Virus record (IMG/VR): IMGVR_UViG_3300043024_000042
DNA from: a virus
Lineage: Duplodnaviria > Heunggongvirae > Uroviricota > Caudoviricetes
Strand: one strand, 5' to 3'
DNA: 46,454 bases
Position numbers and translations under genes: made by a program. Within the stretch, counting starts at the first letter, position 1. Every line of letters starts with the position of its first letter. The notes under the pieces were generated by a model. It was not told where the DNA came from and did no database searches. It saw only the letters and a list, made by a program, of their open reading frames with translations. Below are positions 35,236-44,785 of the stretch, piece after piece.

Positions 35236-35475
35236 ATGAATATGAGACAGTTTTGGCAAAAAGTCGGCAATGGGTATAGCATCGACTTTACACTGAAAAT
35301 AGAATCTTTTCAATTACGTAAGAGGCATGGACGAATGACCTTTTCGAGCGGAGAAAGTTGGAGAAGAAAAAAGAAACAGTGTAAAATGATAGCAAAGAGG
35401 GATGGAAGTAAAGTTTTTTTCTTTTTGAGTGAAAGAAACTATGATAGAGCAGCAGGCATGATAGCACCTTGGTAA
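35236..35475 (+). CDS. AT-rich hypothetical protein between 17-bp direct repeats
   Basis: Flanked by TTGGAGGACTGAATATG at 35222 and 35484. Confidence 0.45.
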   Translation: MNMRQFWQKVGNGYSIDFTLKIESFQLRKRHGRMTFSSGESWRRKKKQCKMIAKRDGSKVFFFLSERNYDRAAGMIAPW

Positions 35476-35497
35476 TTAAAATGTTGGAGGACTGAAT

Positions 35498-35791
35498 ATG
35501 GTAATAATTCATTTAATTTTGAAAGCGAAATGGTACGACATGATCCAGTCGGGCGAGAAGAAAGAAGAATACCGCGAGTATAAACCTTATTGGGTAAGAC
35601 GCTTTCTCAAGCCTCATTATCAGATAGACCATGTGATATTCCACCGAGGGTATACGAATAAGCGAACCATGATTTTCCGAGTTGAATCTATCGAAAGGGA
35701 TAGGGGCCGTCCCGAATGGGGAGCGGAGCCTGACAAGGAATATATTGTCATTCGGCTCGGTAAGAAGATATATGAAGTAAATAACGATTAA
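35498..35791 (+). CDS. ASCH-domain protein
   Basis: LILKAKWYDMIQSGEKKEEYRE...VIFHRGY. Confidence 0.85.
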   Translation: MVIIHLILKAKWYDMIQSGEKKEEYREYKPYWVRRFLKPHYQIDHVIFHRGYTNKRTMIFRVESIERDRGRPEWGAEPDKEYIVIRLGKKIYEVNND

Positions 35792-35801
35792 CGTTTGATA
35801 A

Positions 35802-36203
35802 ATGGGAAGAGATAGATTTGAAGTCCTTGACGCAGCAAGGAAATACGTCAAGAAACATACGGAATGGAAAGAAATGGAAAACAGCGTGGGAATACCTCAA
35901 TCCTTAGGGGATGCTACGCGCGAGACTTGGATTGTTGAGAGACCCGGTAGAGAGGAAATGTTTAAAGCTGGAGTTGAATGGGCGGACGCTCATCCGCATT
36001 GGATAAGTGTAGATGAGCAGAAGCCTCCATATAACGAGAGCGTTCTACTCTATGGAAAAGTCTTTGACTATGTCGTAATCGGAGAATTGCTCGAGGAATA
36101 TGGGCGCGACATATACTACGATGATGAAGGCAGTCCATATCACTATGAAAGTATCACTCACTGGATGCCGCAGCCTGCAAAGCCGAAAGGAGGTGAAGAA
36201 TGA
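35802..36203 (+). CDS. DUF551-like protein
   Basis: WISVDEQKP...ITHWMPQPAKP. Confidence 0.7.
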   Translation: MGRDRFEVLDAARKYVKKHTEWKEMENSVGIPQSLGDATRETWIVERPGREEMFKAGVEWADAHPHWISVDEQKPPYNESVLLYGKVFDYVVIGELLEEYGRDIYYDDEGSPYHYESITHWMPQPAKPKGGEE

Positions 36204-36667
36204 GTGTTAATTGCCCGTACCTTTATATGTGCGAATGGTGTACGTATGATGCGAATGGATTTTTCGAGGTAAGTAAGCGTTTTCATGGCGACGATTGCGT
36301 GGGTGTGTTTCCTGACCTCCCTAAATGTGATAATTGCGTGCATATCGAGATTCAGGAAAAGAGGAAGGACTTCGTTTCGAGGTTTAAGAAATACGCTTTA
36401 AATCTGTGCCGCTTTCATTCTACGGCTCTTCAACTCGTTGAAATATACGAAAAGGGGCTTGATGACGCTCGCTACTATCTTGTAGAGAATCATGCTGATG
36501 CAGCGGTAGACTACTTGGCGTCCGAATTTAAAATGCGGATGAAGTATTACGATAGTGATTTACGGAATGAACGTACCATAGATGCGTACAAGCAAGGGCT
36601 TGATGATGGACGTTTCTATGTTTATTGTAAGAAAGGAGGTAGTAATGGGAAAGAAACAGAATCCTGA
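36200..36667 (+). CDS. Hypothetical protein
   Basis: Cys-rich N-terminus; duplicated Y(E/K)(K/Q)GLDD motif. Confidence 0.6.
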   Translation: MSVNCPYLYMCEWCTYDANGFFEVSKRFHGDDCVGVFPDLPKCDNCVHIEIQEKRKDFVSRFKKYALNLCRFHSTALQLVEIYEKGLDDARYYLVENHADAAVDYLASEFKMRMKYYDSDLRNERTIDAYKQGLDDGRFYVYCKKGGSNGKETES

Positions 36668-36821
36668 ATTAAGACGAGACTTATATCGGGATGGAAGCGA
36701 TGATGTTTACGTGCTCGAATGTTTACCCGACATACCTTCCCCTGCGAAGGTGCCGAAAGTCACAAGACCGAGTGAATACGGTCAGATGTTGTTGAATAAA
36801 AGAAAGAGAGGCAAGCGATGA
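36645..36821 (+). CDS. Small hypothetical protein
   Basis: Ends SEYGQMLLNKRKRGKR; overlaps neighbours. Confidence 0.55.
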   Translation: MGKKQNPELRRDLYRDGSDDVYVLECLPDIPSPAKVPKVTRPSEYGQMLLNKRKRGKR

Positions 36822-37168
36822 TAGTTCAGACGCAGCATTGGAATGACAAGGATATTGTCATTGCTATGGAAAAGGATGGTTTTGCCGCAGGTCAGATGAT
36901 GCTCTACAAGGAAGAGCAGAACTTCGGTGGAACGGCATGGATATGGGACTTGTGGACTGACCCCGTAGACCGAAAGCAAGGCATGGCGAGCATGATTCTC
37001 CACAACTTGGAGGCTATCGCCAAACGTGAGGGTCACAAGTCCGTGTTCCTCGAATGGGAATTGAAGAACTCTCCCCGCTGGGTGCTGGAATGGTACGAGC
37101 GGAGAGGGTACGAAGTGAAGGAGTTCGATGGAAGAGACAGTTATTGTTTATTGGAAAAGAAACTTTAA
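36818..37168 (+). CDS. GNAT-family acetyltransferase
   Basis: IWDLWTDPVDRKQGMAS acetyl-CoA motif; WYERRGY. Confidence 0.8.
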   Translation: MIVQTQHWNDKDIVIAMEKDGFAAGQMMLYKEEQNFGGTAWIWDLWTDPVDRKQGMASMILHNLEAIAKREGHKSVFLEWELKNSPRWVLEWYERRGYEVKEFDGRDSYCLLEKKL

Positions 37169-37172
37169 GACC

Positions 37173-37400
37173 ATGATTAAGATTTCGATGCAGGCGGAAA
37201 GCAATACAGCGTCATTGCACTGCGAGTATAAAGGAAAGGAATACGATTCCAAGTTAAAGAGAGAAGGCTTTGCCGTTGATTTAGAATCGAATATTGGCGA
37301 AGCCCCCACGGAAATCCAAGATTATTTGGATGACTTGGAAATGACAATTACCGACATAATGGATGTATTAAGAGAAAAGGAGATATATGGAACCGATTAA
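37173..37400 (+). CDS. Hypothetical protein
   Basis: Packed ORF. Confidence 0.55.
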   Translation: MIKISMQAESNTASLHCEYKGKEYDSKLKREGFAVDLESNIGEAPTEIQDYLDDLEMTITDIMDVLREKEIYGTD

Positions 37401-37641
37401 ATTCAAAGAGCAGAATGTTACCTATGCGGAAAATCAGAAGGAGTACCTTCCCCTTCCCGCATATCGTGACGAGAGTGGACGGGTTGTCACTTGCTGGAAA
37501 CTCAGTCCCGAAGAGTTGGAAGAAATCAGCAAGACGGGTGTTATTTGGCTTGATATGCTGACGTTTAATCAGCCGTTGCAGCCAGTGATGTTGCACGCTG
37601 AATCACCGTTTAACGGTAATGAGGAAGGAGGCGAGGAATGA
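37387..37641 (+). CDS. Conserved phage hypothetical protein
   Basis: AENQKEYLPLPAY...VTCWKLSPEELEEI...TFNQPLQP. Confidence 0.65.
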   Translation: MEPIKFKEQNVTYAENQKEYLPLPAYRDESGRVVTCWKLSPEELEEISKTGVIWLDMLTFNQPLQPVMLHAESPFNGNEEGGEE

Positions 37642-37850
37642 AATGGCTTGATGATACGGTGAAATGGTTTGCAAAAGTACTTGTTGGCTACATGATACTG
37701 ATGTGTCTGACCAAGCTTGTGGGAGTGATTACGCAGTCTGACTATATCCTGCGCACATTGACGCCTCGTGCGATTGAAGTATGCTTTTATGCGGCTCTGA
37801 TTTTTAATGTTTTATTCTTTATACGTTTGTTGTATGGGAAAAGAAAATGA
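37638..37850 (+). CDS. Small membrane protein
   Basis: Two hydrophobic segments. Confidence 0.55.
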   Translation: MKWLDDTVKWFAKVLVGYMILMCLTKLVGVITQSDYILRTLTPRAIEVCFYAALIFNVLFFIRLLYGKRK

Positions 37851-38211
37851 TTTTGACGGCGTAACGATGTATCTGAACGGCAGGCCGGTAGGATTCGGAA
37901 AGCTGGTAGTACCAAGTTACGAGTGTAAAGTTACCGGAGAGGCCGGGGTAAAAGCGCCTGACGGATTCTCTGTAAGTGGCAGTTTTGAAATCAAACGACC
38001 GGTTGACGAAGAACGTGAGTATAAAGAGAAGAACCGCCAGCGTGTGATTCGACAGATATTTTACCATTATCGCAAGTCACGTAAGGCGAAGTCCGATTCA
38101 TTCCGCGCACATCATCTAAGGAGACTTCAGGAGCTTTTTTCGCTCTTGCACTTGTGTAGTTTTAATCCTGCCAAATGGGGATGGCCGCAGGATGAAGTGT
38201 TACTTATATAA
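37834..38211 (+). CDS. Hypothetical protein
   Basis: Packed ORF. Confidence 0.55.
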   Translation: MGKENDFDGVTMYLNGRPVGFGKLVVPSYECKVTGEAGVKAPDGFSVSGSFEIKRPVDEEREYKEKNRQRVIRQIFYHYRKSRKAKSDSFRAHHLRRLQELFSLLHLCSFNPAKWGWPQDEVLLI

Positions 38212-38226
38212 AAGAAAGGAGTTTGT

Positions 38227-39153
38227 ATGCGAATAGGTTTAGTTGATGTAGACGGAAAGAATTTCCCGAACTTCGCTATAATGAAAATCTCATCGTACCA
38301 CAAATCTGTGGGAGATAGCGTTGAGTGGGCCAGTCCAATGTTCGGCGATTACGATAGGGTATATATGAGTAAAATCTTCACCTTTACCCCCCCATATCGG
38401 CAATCGTTTGATTGTGAGGTCATTAAAGGAGGTACTGGATACGATTTGCATAAAAAGTTACCTGAAGAGATTGACGCCATGCTACCTGATTATTCCATCT
38501 ATCCACAAGTTGACGACCGCACGGCATACGGATTCATCACTCGTGGATGTCCGAATAAATGCAAATGGTGTGTAGTGCCAATCAAGGAGGGAAGTGTAAC
38601 TCCATATCGTGATGTGGACGAGATAGCAGAAGAAGGCCGTAGGAACAAGTTGATTCTGATGGATAATAATATCCTTGCATCGGATTACGGATTGAGTCAG
38701 ATTGAAAAGATTGTCATACGTAAGTATCGCGTAGACTTCAATCAAGCATTGGATGCAAGGCTTGTAACCGATGAGATAGCGCAGTTGTTGGCGAAGGTCC
38801 ATTGGCTTAACTTTATCCGTTTTGGATGTGATACTCCAAGGCAGATTAATGAATGTGAACGCGCCATGAAGATGATAGACAGCTATCGCGGACGTCCTGC
38901 CTCCTATCTGATGTACACGATGATAGGACACGACATGCAGGAGGCCTACGAGCGATTGAGCTACTTCCGCGGTTTCCGCAGAGTGCGCGTGGTGGCACAG
39001 CCATTCCGTGACTTCGACAACCCTGAGCAGGTTATTCCTCAATGGCAGAATGATATGGCTCGCTGGGCCATGCGCCGGGAGTTTTGGGCCACATGCGATT
39101 TCAAGGACTTCTCTCCGCGAAAAGGATTCACGTGCCGAGAGTATTTTAAATGA
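38227..39153 (+). CDS. Radical SAM protein (308 aa)
   Basis: TRGCPNKCKWC (CxxxCxxC); LMDNNIL; FNQALDARL. Confidence 0.9.
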   Translation: MRIGLVDVDGKNFPNFAIMKISSYHKSVGDSVEWASPMFGDYDRVYMSKIFTFTPPYRQSFDCEVIKGGTGYDLHKKLPEEIDAMLPDYSIYPQVDDRTAYGFITRGCPNKCKWCVVPIKEGSVTPYRDVDEIAEEGRRNKLILMDNNILASDYGLSQIEKIVIRKYRVDFNQALDARLVTDEIAQLLAKVHWLNFIRFGCDTPRQINECERAMKMIDSYRGRPASYLMYTMIGHDMQEAYERLSYFRGFRRVRVVAQPFRDFDNPEQVIPQWQNDMARWAMRREFWATCDFKDFSPRKGFTCREYFK

Positions 39154-39191
39154 TTATTTATTATCTTTGCATAACCAAAAAAAATAATTCT

Positions 39192-39410
39192 ATGAACGAA
39201 GATAACTTTGACAACATGAGCGCAAATCAGGAAACTGTCTTCTTCCTGATGGCGTTGCTGTTCTGTCCGGTGATGATTGCTTGCAGCATGGCAGACACCC
39301 TGTGGAACATGTTCACAATAGAAGACTTGAAAGACAAGGACCTGCGCTACCGACTCTCCGAGAAGGTCATCAACGCGCTGGCGTCCGTAACTAAAAGATT
39401 TGTAAAATGA
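39192..39410 (+). CDS. Hypothetical protein (likely start 39192)
   Basis: A TATCTTTG promoter box at 39162 precedes this ATG. Confidence 0.5.
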   Translation: MNEDNFDNMSANQETVFFLMALLFCPVMIACSMADTLWNMFTIEDLKDKDLRYRLSEKVINALASVTKRFVK

Positions 39411-39640
39411 GCAAAGCGACAGAAACACAGGTGGGCGGGTCACATTACGACCTGCCCATCCAGCCCATCGAGTTCATTCATAAGAACCATCTCGACTTCA
39501 TTCAGGGCAATATCGTGAAGTACATCGTCCGGTTCCGTAAGAAGAACAAGGACGAGGATTTGAAGAAAATCATCCATTATGCCAAGCTCCTTTTGGAGTT
39601 GGAGTACGGCTATACGGCAGAGCAGCTTGATAAGTTGTAA
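39407..39640 (+). CDS. DUF3310-family protein
   Basis: QVGGSHY...QPIEFI...GNIVKYIVR...EDLKKIIHY. Confidence 0.85.
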   Translation: MSKATETQVGGSHYDLPIQPIEFIHKNHLDFIQGNIVKYIVRFRKKNKDEDLKKIIHYAKLLLELEYGYTAEQLDKL

Positions 39641-39662
39641 TGCGTTAAATTTACGAAAATAA

Positions 39663-39693
39663 TTTGCGTATTCGATTATAACGCATAACTTTG
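39663..39693 (+). promoter_or_regulatory. Promoter for the primase-helicase
   Basis: TTTG (39663) - 19 bp - TAACTTTG (39686). Confidence 0.65.
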
Positions 39694-39719
39694 TGCGCTC
39701 TAATGAATGGAAGACCAAT

Positions 39720-41867
39720 ATGAATAATTTTATCAACGAATCGGAAATACGCCGTTTTTGGGACGTGGAGAAGCGGAACGGCATCCTCACGGAGATAAGG
39801 CTTATCGCCCCGGACGGGAAGATTGCGAGCGGATACTTCAGGAATATAGAGAACCTGTTGGAAGGGCTTCGCAGTTTCCCCGGCTACGGAGTGTACTACA
39901 CCATCAACCGTATCAAGGACGACTGTTACGGCAGAATCCAGTGTGAGAAGTTTGTCATCAGGCCGAAGCAGACCACGACCGACAACGACATCTTGGGCCG
40001 CGATATGGTCGTGATGGATATAGACCCAGTGCGGTCCGCCGGTGTGAACGCAAGCGAAGAGGAACTGAACTACGCCAAGGCGAAGGCCAATGAGATATAC
40101 AAGTTTCTCCGTGATGCCGGATTCTATCCTCCTATCGTGAACATATCGGCAAACGGTGTGCATTTGAAACTCCGTTGCTCGATGAAGAACACCGATGAGA
40201 ATACTTTGGTAGTGAAGAATTTCCTGTCCGCTATGGATATGATGTTCTCCGACGAGAAGGTGTCCGTCGATATTTCTTTGAGCAATGCGGCCCGTATATT
40301 GAAGGTGTGCGGCACTCCGAGCCTTAAAGGCAACGACAATCCCGCAAGCGACAGGCCGCGCCGTATGGCGTACTACGTCAAGATACCCGACGACTGGATT
40401 GAAAATGTCAACACCAACGAATATTTCCAAAAGGTGGCTGCCATGCTGCCCGAGAAGGAACAGCCCACATACAGCAACAACTACAGCACCGGCAACTTCG
40501 ACATCGAGGCCTTCATTCAAAAGCACGGTATCAAGGTAGCCCGTAAGGTGGTAACGGAGCGTATGACGAAGTGGGTGCTTGAAGAGTGCCCGTTCGACGC
40601 CAACCACAAGGCGCCCGATAGCGCCATCTTCCGTATGGCTGACGGGTCTTTGGGATTCTGCTGCCTGCACAACTCTCACAAGCATCTTACGTTCAAGGAT
40701 CTTAGAATCAAGTTCGAGCCGGACGCCTACACCAAGAAGGACTATGCCGAATCCCTACAGCGACAGAACTACTACCGACCGTATGGCCGCCAGCCGTTCC
40801 AGCCAAAGAAGGAAAACGATGATAACGGCAAGAAGTGGAAGACCGCTCTCGACATCCAGCGTGTGGATGTGTCACAGATTCCTGTGGTGAACACCGGTTT
40901 CTTGGAAATAGACAAGTACACGTGGGGCATGTTCATGGGTGATGTGACCATCCTCTCCGGCACCAGCGGCTCAGGCAAGTCATCGTATGTGAACTGCCTT
41001 ATCGCCAACCTCGTGGAGCGTAATGTCAAGGTGGGGCTTGTATCCTGCGAGCTTCAGGACTTCCGTGTGATGAGCTGGCTCTATCAGACCGCCGCCGGCA
41101 AGACCTACGTCAAGAAGAAGGAAGGTTATGAGAACTGGTATTACGCGCCGAAGGACATCTGCGACAAGATAGACGTGTGGCTGGCCGACAGGCTGTTCAT
41201 CTACAACAACAACTACGGCACCAACTTCTTTCAGATATTCAGTGACGTGAACGAGCTGGTGGATAACAACGGGGTGAACGTGGTCATCATCGACAACCTC
41301 GCCACGCTGGACTTGAGTGAGTACGAAGGTTCGGATTTGGAGAAGCAGACCCGTTTTATAAGCGACATGAAGGAGTATGCCAAACGTCGTAACATCCACG
41401 TCATCATCGTCGCCCATCCAAAGAAACTGGGTCAGGAACTCAACCGCAAGGAATCAGTGTCAGGCTCGAACAACCTGACCAACCTTGCCGATGTCGTGCT
41501 CATCGTGAACCGTAAGAGCCTCGACTACCAAAAGCGCCTGATTGACTTCATGGGAGCCGAGAAGGCCAATGAGTACGACCAGTTCGATACGGTCATAGAG
41601 ATAGCCAAGTCGCGCATGTCCGGTCAGATAGACAAGTTCTGTGGCCTGTTCTTTGAAATGGAGTCAAGGCGCCTGAAGAACTACAAGGCCGAGCATATCG
41701 TGTACGGGTGGAACGCAGACCCCGTACAGCAGCGAATGAAACTTGCCGCGCAGGCCGAGGCCGAAGAGAACGGAGAAAATGTTCAGGAGGATGATTACTA
41801 TGCCAACGATGACGCCCTCCCGTTCGTTCCCGAGGACCCGAATGAAGGAGGTGCGTGTCCGTTCTAA
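39720..41867 (+). CDS. Primase-helicase (primpol-like N-terminus, Zn-binding middle, DnaB/SF4-like helicase)
   Basis: VMDIDP, SANGVHL, CPFDANH...CCLHNSH, Walker A GTSGSGKS, IIDNL, IIVAHPKK. Confidence 0.85.
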   Translation: MNNFINESEIRRFWDVEKRNGILTEIRLIAPDGKIASGYFRNIENLLEGLRSFPGYGVYYTINRIKDDCYGRIQCEKFVIRPKQTTTDNDILGRDMVVMDIDPVRSAGVNASEEELNYAKAKANEIYKFLRDAGFYPPIVNISANGVHLKLRCSMKNTDENTLVVKNFLSAMDMMFSDEKVSVDISLSNAARILKVCGTPSLKGNDNPASDRPRRMAYYVKIPDDWIENVNTNEYFQKVAAMLPEKEQPTYSNNYSTGNFDIEAFIQKHGIKVARKVVTERMTKWVLEECPFDANHKAPDSAIFRMADGSLGFCCLHNSHKHLTFKDLRIKFEPDAYTKKDYAESLQRQNYYRPYGRQPFQPKKENDDNGKKWKTALDIQRVDVSQIPVVNTGFLEIDKYTWGMFMGDVTILSGTSGSGKSSYVNCLIANLVERNVKVGLVSCELQDFRVMSWLYQTAAGKTYVKKKEGYENWYYAPKDICDKIDVWLADRLFIYNNNYGTNFFQIFSDVNELVDNNGVNVVIIDNLATLDLSEYEGSDLEKQTRFISDMKEYAKRRNIHVIIVAHPKKLGQELNRKESVSGSNNLTNLADVVLIVNRKSLDYQKRLIDFMGAEKANEYDQFDTVIEIAKSRMSGQIDKFCGLFFEMESRRLKNYKAEHIVYGWNADPVQQRMKLAAQAEAEENGENVQEDDYYANDDALPFVPEDPNEGGACPF

Positions 41868-41892
41868 ATATGTTTTATAACATATAAAATAA

Positions 41893-42016
41893 TTTGGCAA
41901 TCTCGAAATTTTTTTGTATATTTGCAACAGTTTAATAAACGGAATCCGTGACTTCCGGCACCTACTAACAAGACCTCGTTTGGGATGCGTCACGGCTCCC
42001 ATTCGGGGCTTTTTAA
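41893..42016 (+). promoter_or_regulatory. Promoter and structured leader of recT
   Basis: TTTG (41893) - 20 bp - TATATTTG (41917); CCGTGAC/GTCACGG pairing; GCTCC-CATTC-GGGGC-TTTTT terminator-like hairpin. Confidence 0.55.
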
Positions 42017-42020
42017 TATT

Positions 42021-42935
42021 ATGGCAGTGACAAACACACCGCAGGCACAGAGCCAGTCGCAGGCAGGCATCGCAGTCCTGAACCAGCGCCTGAACTCAGA
42101 TGCCATTCAGAAGAAGTTCGCCGACATGCTCGGTAAGAAGAGCGTCGGCTTCCTGACCTCGGTATCCAATGTCGTCACCAACAATGACCTGTTGAAAAAG
42201 GCGGATACCAACTCTATTATCCTTGCCGCCGCACAGGCTGCGGCTCTTGACCTCCCAATCAATCCGAACCTCGGATACGCGGCCATCGTTCCGTTCAACG
42301 ATGTGAAGAACAAACGCTGCATGGCACAGTTCCAGCTGATGCGTGACGGATTCGTGGAGCTTGCTTTGCGCACCGGTCAGGTGGTGGCCCTCGTGAACGA
42401 GGTTGTCTACGAAGGAGAGTTGGTGAAGTGCAACCGCTTCCGTGACGAGTATGAGTTTGACGAATCAAAACGTGTATCCGACAAGGTTATCGGTTACATG
42501 GCCTATGCGAAGCTTTCCAACGGCTTTGAGAAGACCATCTACTGGGATGTAAACCGCTGTAAGGAGCACGCTTTGAAGTACTCACAGACCTTCAAAAAGG
42601 GCTATGGGCTTTGGAAAGAGTCGTTTGATAGTATGGCTCTCAAGACTACATTAAAGCATCTTATCAAAAAATACTTACCAAAATCCATCGAAATGATGCG
42701 TGCGGTAGAGTATGACGGTGCGGCTATGGAGGGCACCATCGAGAATCCCATCATCAAGCACTCGGACGAGAATCCGTCTGTGGAGAACGCCAATTACGAA
42801 GAGGTGAAGGACATTGACCCGGATGCCACTCCGGAGGAAGAAACTCCAAAAGCCCCGTCCGAAGAGAAGGTACAGGGTGAAGAAAGACCGGCAGACCCGA
42901 TTCCTCCCAAGGCTAACGAAGAAGAGGACTTTTAG
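42021..42935 (+). CDS. recT: RecT-family recombinase
   Basis: AAQAAALDLPINPNLGYAAIVPF, QFQLMRDGFVELALRTGQ, IGYMAY, FDSMALKTTLK. Confidence 0.9.
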   Translation: MAVTNTPQAQSQSQAGIAVLNQRLNSDAIQKKFADMLGKKSVGFLTSVSNVVTNNDLLKKADTNSIILAAAQAAALDLPINPNLGYAAIVPFNDVKNKRCMAQFQLMRDGFVELALRTGQVVALVNEVVYEGELVKCNRFRDEYEFDESKRVSDKVIGYMAYAKLSNGFEKTIYWDVNRCKEHALKYSQTFKKGYGLWKESFDSMALKTTLKHLIKKYLPKSIEMMRAVEYDGAAMEGTIENPIIKHSDENPSVENANYEEVKDIDPDATPEEETPKAPSEEKVQGEERPADPIPPKANEEEDF

Positions 42936-42948
42936 TTTGATTTGAGAT

Positions 42949-43200
42949 ATGACAGGTGATGAACTCAAGAAGTTGAAGACATTCCGTGTGATGGAGCGCT
43001 TTGGAATACACCCCGATACGATGGTTGAGGCCGTGGCTTCCAAAGGCTCCGTTCCGGAAGCCGTCTACGCTCTTGTAGGGCTGTTCGACGGAGTGGAAGG
43101 CATGATACTGCAACGCCAGTGCCACATGATGATGGGCGGCGCGTATGAGGGTCTTATCGACGAGTTGATGGCCATTAAAATCGAAAAGCATTACAGATGA
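42949..43200 (+). CDS. Hypothetical protein
   Basis: Packed ORF. Confidence 0.55.
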   Translation: MTGDELKKLKTFRVMERFGIHPDTMVEAVASKGSVPEAVYALVGLFDGVEGMILQRQCHMMMGGAYEGLIDELMAIKIEKHYR

Positions 43201-43481
43201 AGAATGTTAATTTTGAAATCAATGTCAGCACGATTGTGCTCGTTCTTGCAATCGAGAGGATTATGGGTGTCATCAGCCTCTCGTGGTGGATTATATTTTC
43301 GCCGTTCATTTTGGTCGCTGGCCTGCTCGGGCTGCTGCTCTTATGCGGGCTTGTGGCCATCATCGTATCGGAGGTCAGAGGTGAAGTGAACCGTCCCTGC
43401 TATTATGTATTGAAGACCATTCGCGACCTGTGTAACGTAATGGATAAAACGAAGAAGGATGAACAGACCGACACTAAGTAA
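43197..43481 (+). CDS. Membrane protein
   Basis: Long hydrophobic stretch containing SWWIIFSPF. Confidence 0.6.
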   Translation: MKNVNFEINVSTIVLVLAIERIMGVISLSWWIIFSPFILVAGLLGLLLLCGLVAIIVSEVRGEVNRPCYYVLKTIRDLCNVMDKTKKDEQTDTK

Positions 43482-43815
43482 CTTCCGGGATTTGTCAAAG
43501 GTTGACAACAAGCAGTTGAGAAATATCTACGAGACTGCCTGTTGCGAGTACATCAAGCGGCTTTGCAAGATGTACGACTGGGACTATCCGCGCGGATGGT
43601 GGGTGTCTGACCAGCCGGGAGGCGTGTTCTGTACCGATGATATAGAATATTCTCTCGGAATGGATGACATCAAGCTTCTTGTCGATGCGGAGGTCCCGTT
43701 CAGTGTCTTTGAGCAGTGGTGGGATTATAATTCGAGTGAATACATTAAAGACAGTGGCTCTCCCAATATCATCAACCTGCATAGCTGGCTGAATGGGATG
43801 AGGCCCAGACAGTGA
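43459..43815 (+). CDS. Hypothetical protein
   Basis: Ends INLHSWLNGMRPRQ; packed ORF. Confidence 0.6.
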   Translation: MNRPTLSNFRDLSKVDNKQLRNIYETACCEYIKRLCKMYDWDYPRGWWVSDQPGGVFCTDDIEYSLGMDDIKLLVDAEVPFSVFEQWWDYNSSEYIKDSGSPNIINLHSWLNGMRPRQ

Positions 43816-43833
43816 TTAATTAACGCCAAGGAA

Positions 43834-44777
43834 ATGACTCTTACACTTCAGGACTTGAAAGAGCGCCAGTCGTGGACGCTTGAACAGAAGATAGACCATT
43901 CCCTCGCCGTGATAGACGAGTTCGTCCGTGATAGGGGGGGGTAAATAATGTTTACGTTTCGTTTAGCGGAGGAAAGGATTCCACCGTGTTGTTGCATCTT
44001 GTCAGACGGCTTTATCCGGACGTGAAGGCGGTGTTTGTGAACACCACAATGGAATATCCGAGCATTTGCCGTTTCGTGCGTCAGATGCGCGACGATGGTG
44101 CCGACATCGACATCATCATGCCGAAGATGAAGCCAAAGAGGATATGGCAGAAATGGGGATTCCCTCTTATATCGAAGGAAACGGCCAACAAGATTTACCG
44201 CATAAGGTACAATCCCGACAGTGCCGCCGCAGAGAAATGGATGAGGAATACAGGACTGTACAAACTTCCGCTGAAATGGCGATGGTTGCTTGATGAGAAG
44301 TTCTGCTGTGCTGACAACTGTTGCAGGAAGCTCAAAAAAGAGCCTGCGGAGCGATATGAGCGCAAAACTGGCCGTTACCCTATACTCGGTATCCTCGCGT
44401 CTGAAAGTCGCCTTAGAACGCACGAATGGATGCGTCACGGAGGTTGTAACGTACTGGATGGCGTCCGCAAGAAGTCCAAGCCGCTCTCCATTTGGACCGA
44501 CAAGGATATTTGGGATTATATCCACAAGTACAATCTGAAGTACGCCGACATCTACGACAAAGGGATAGGGCAGACCGGATGTGCCTGCTGTGGATTTTCC
44601 ATCAGTTATGAGGATACGTGCAAGTTTGAGGTGTTGTACGAGCTTTATCCGAAGCTGTACAGACATGTACTTGGTTTTACTAACAACGGTGTCACGTTCA
44701 GGGAGGCATTGCGTAAGGTGCTTGACAAGCTCGGACGCAAGTTGCCTGACGAGCGCGACCCGAAAATATTTGATTAG
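43834..44777 (+). pseudogene. PAPS-reductase-family (PP-loop) gene, frameshifted at a G8 tract (43934-43941)
   Basis: Frame 1 reads MTLTLQDL...DRGG then TAA (43942). The -1 frame continues VNNVYVSFSGGKDSTVLLHL...CC...LKKEP...TGCACC to 44777. Confidence 0.85.
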
Positions 44778-44785
44778 GAAGGGTT

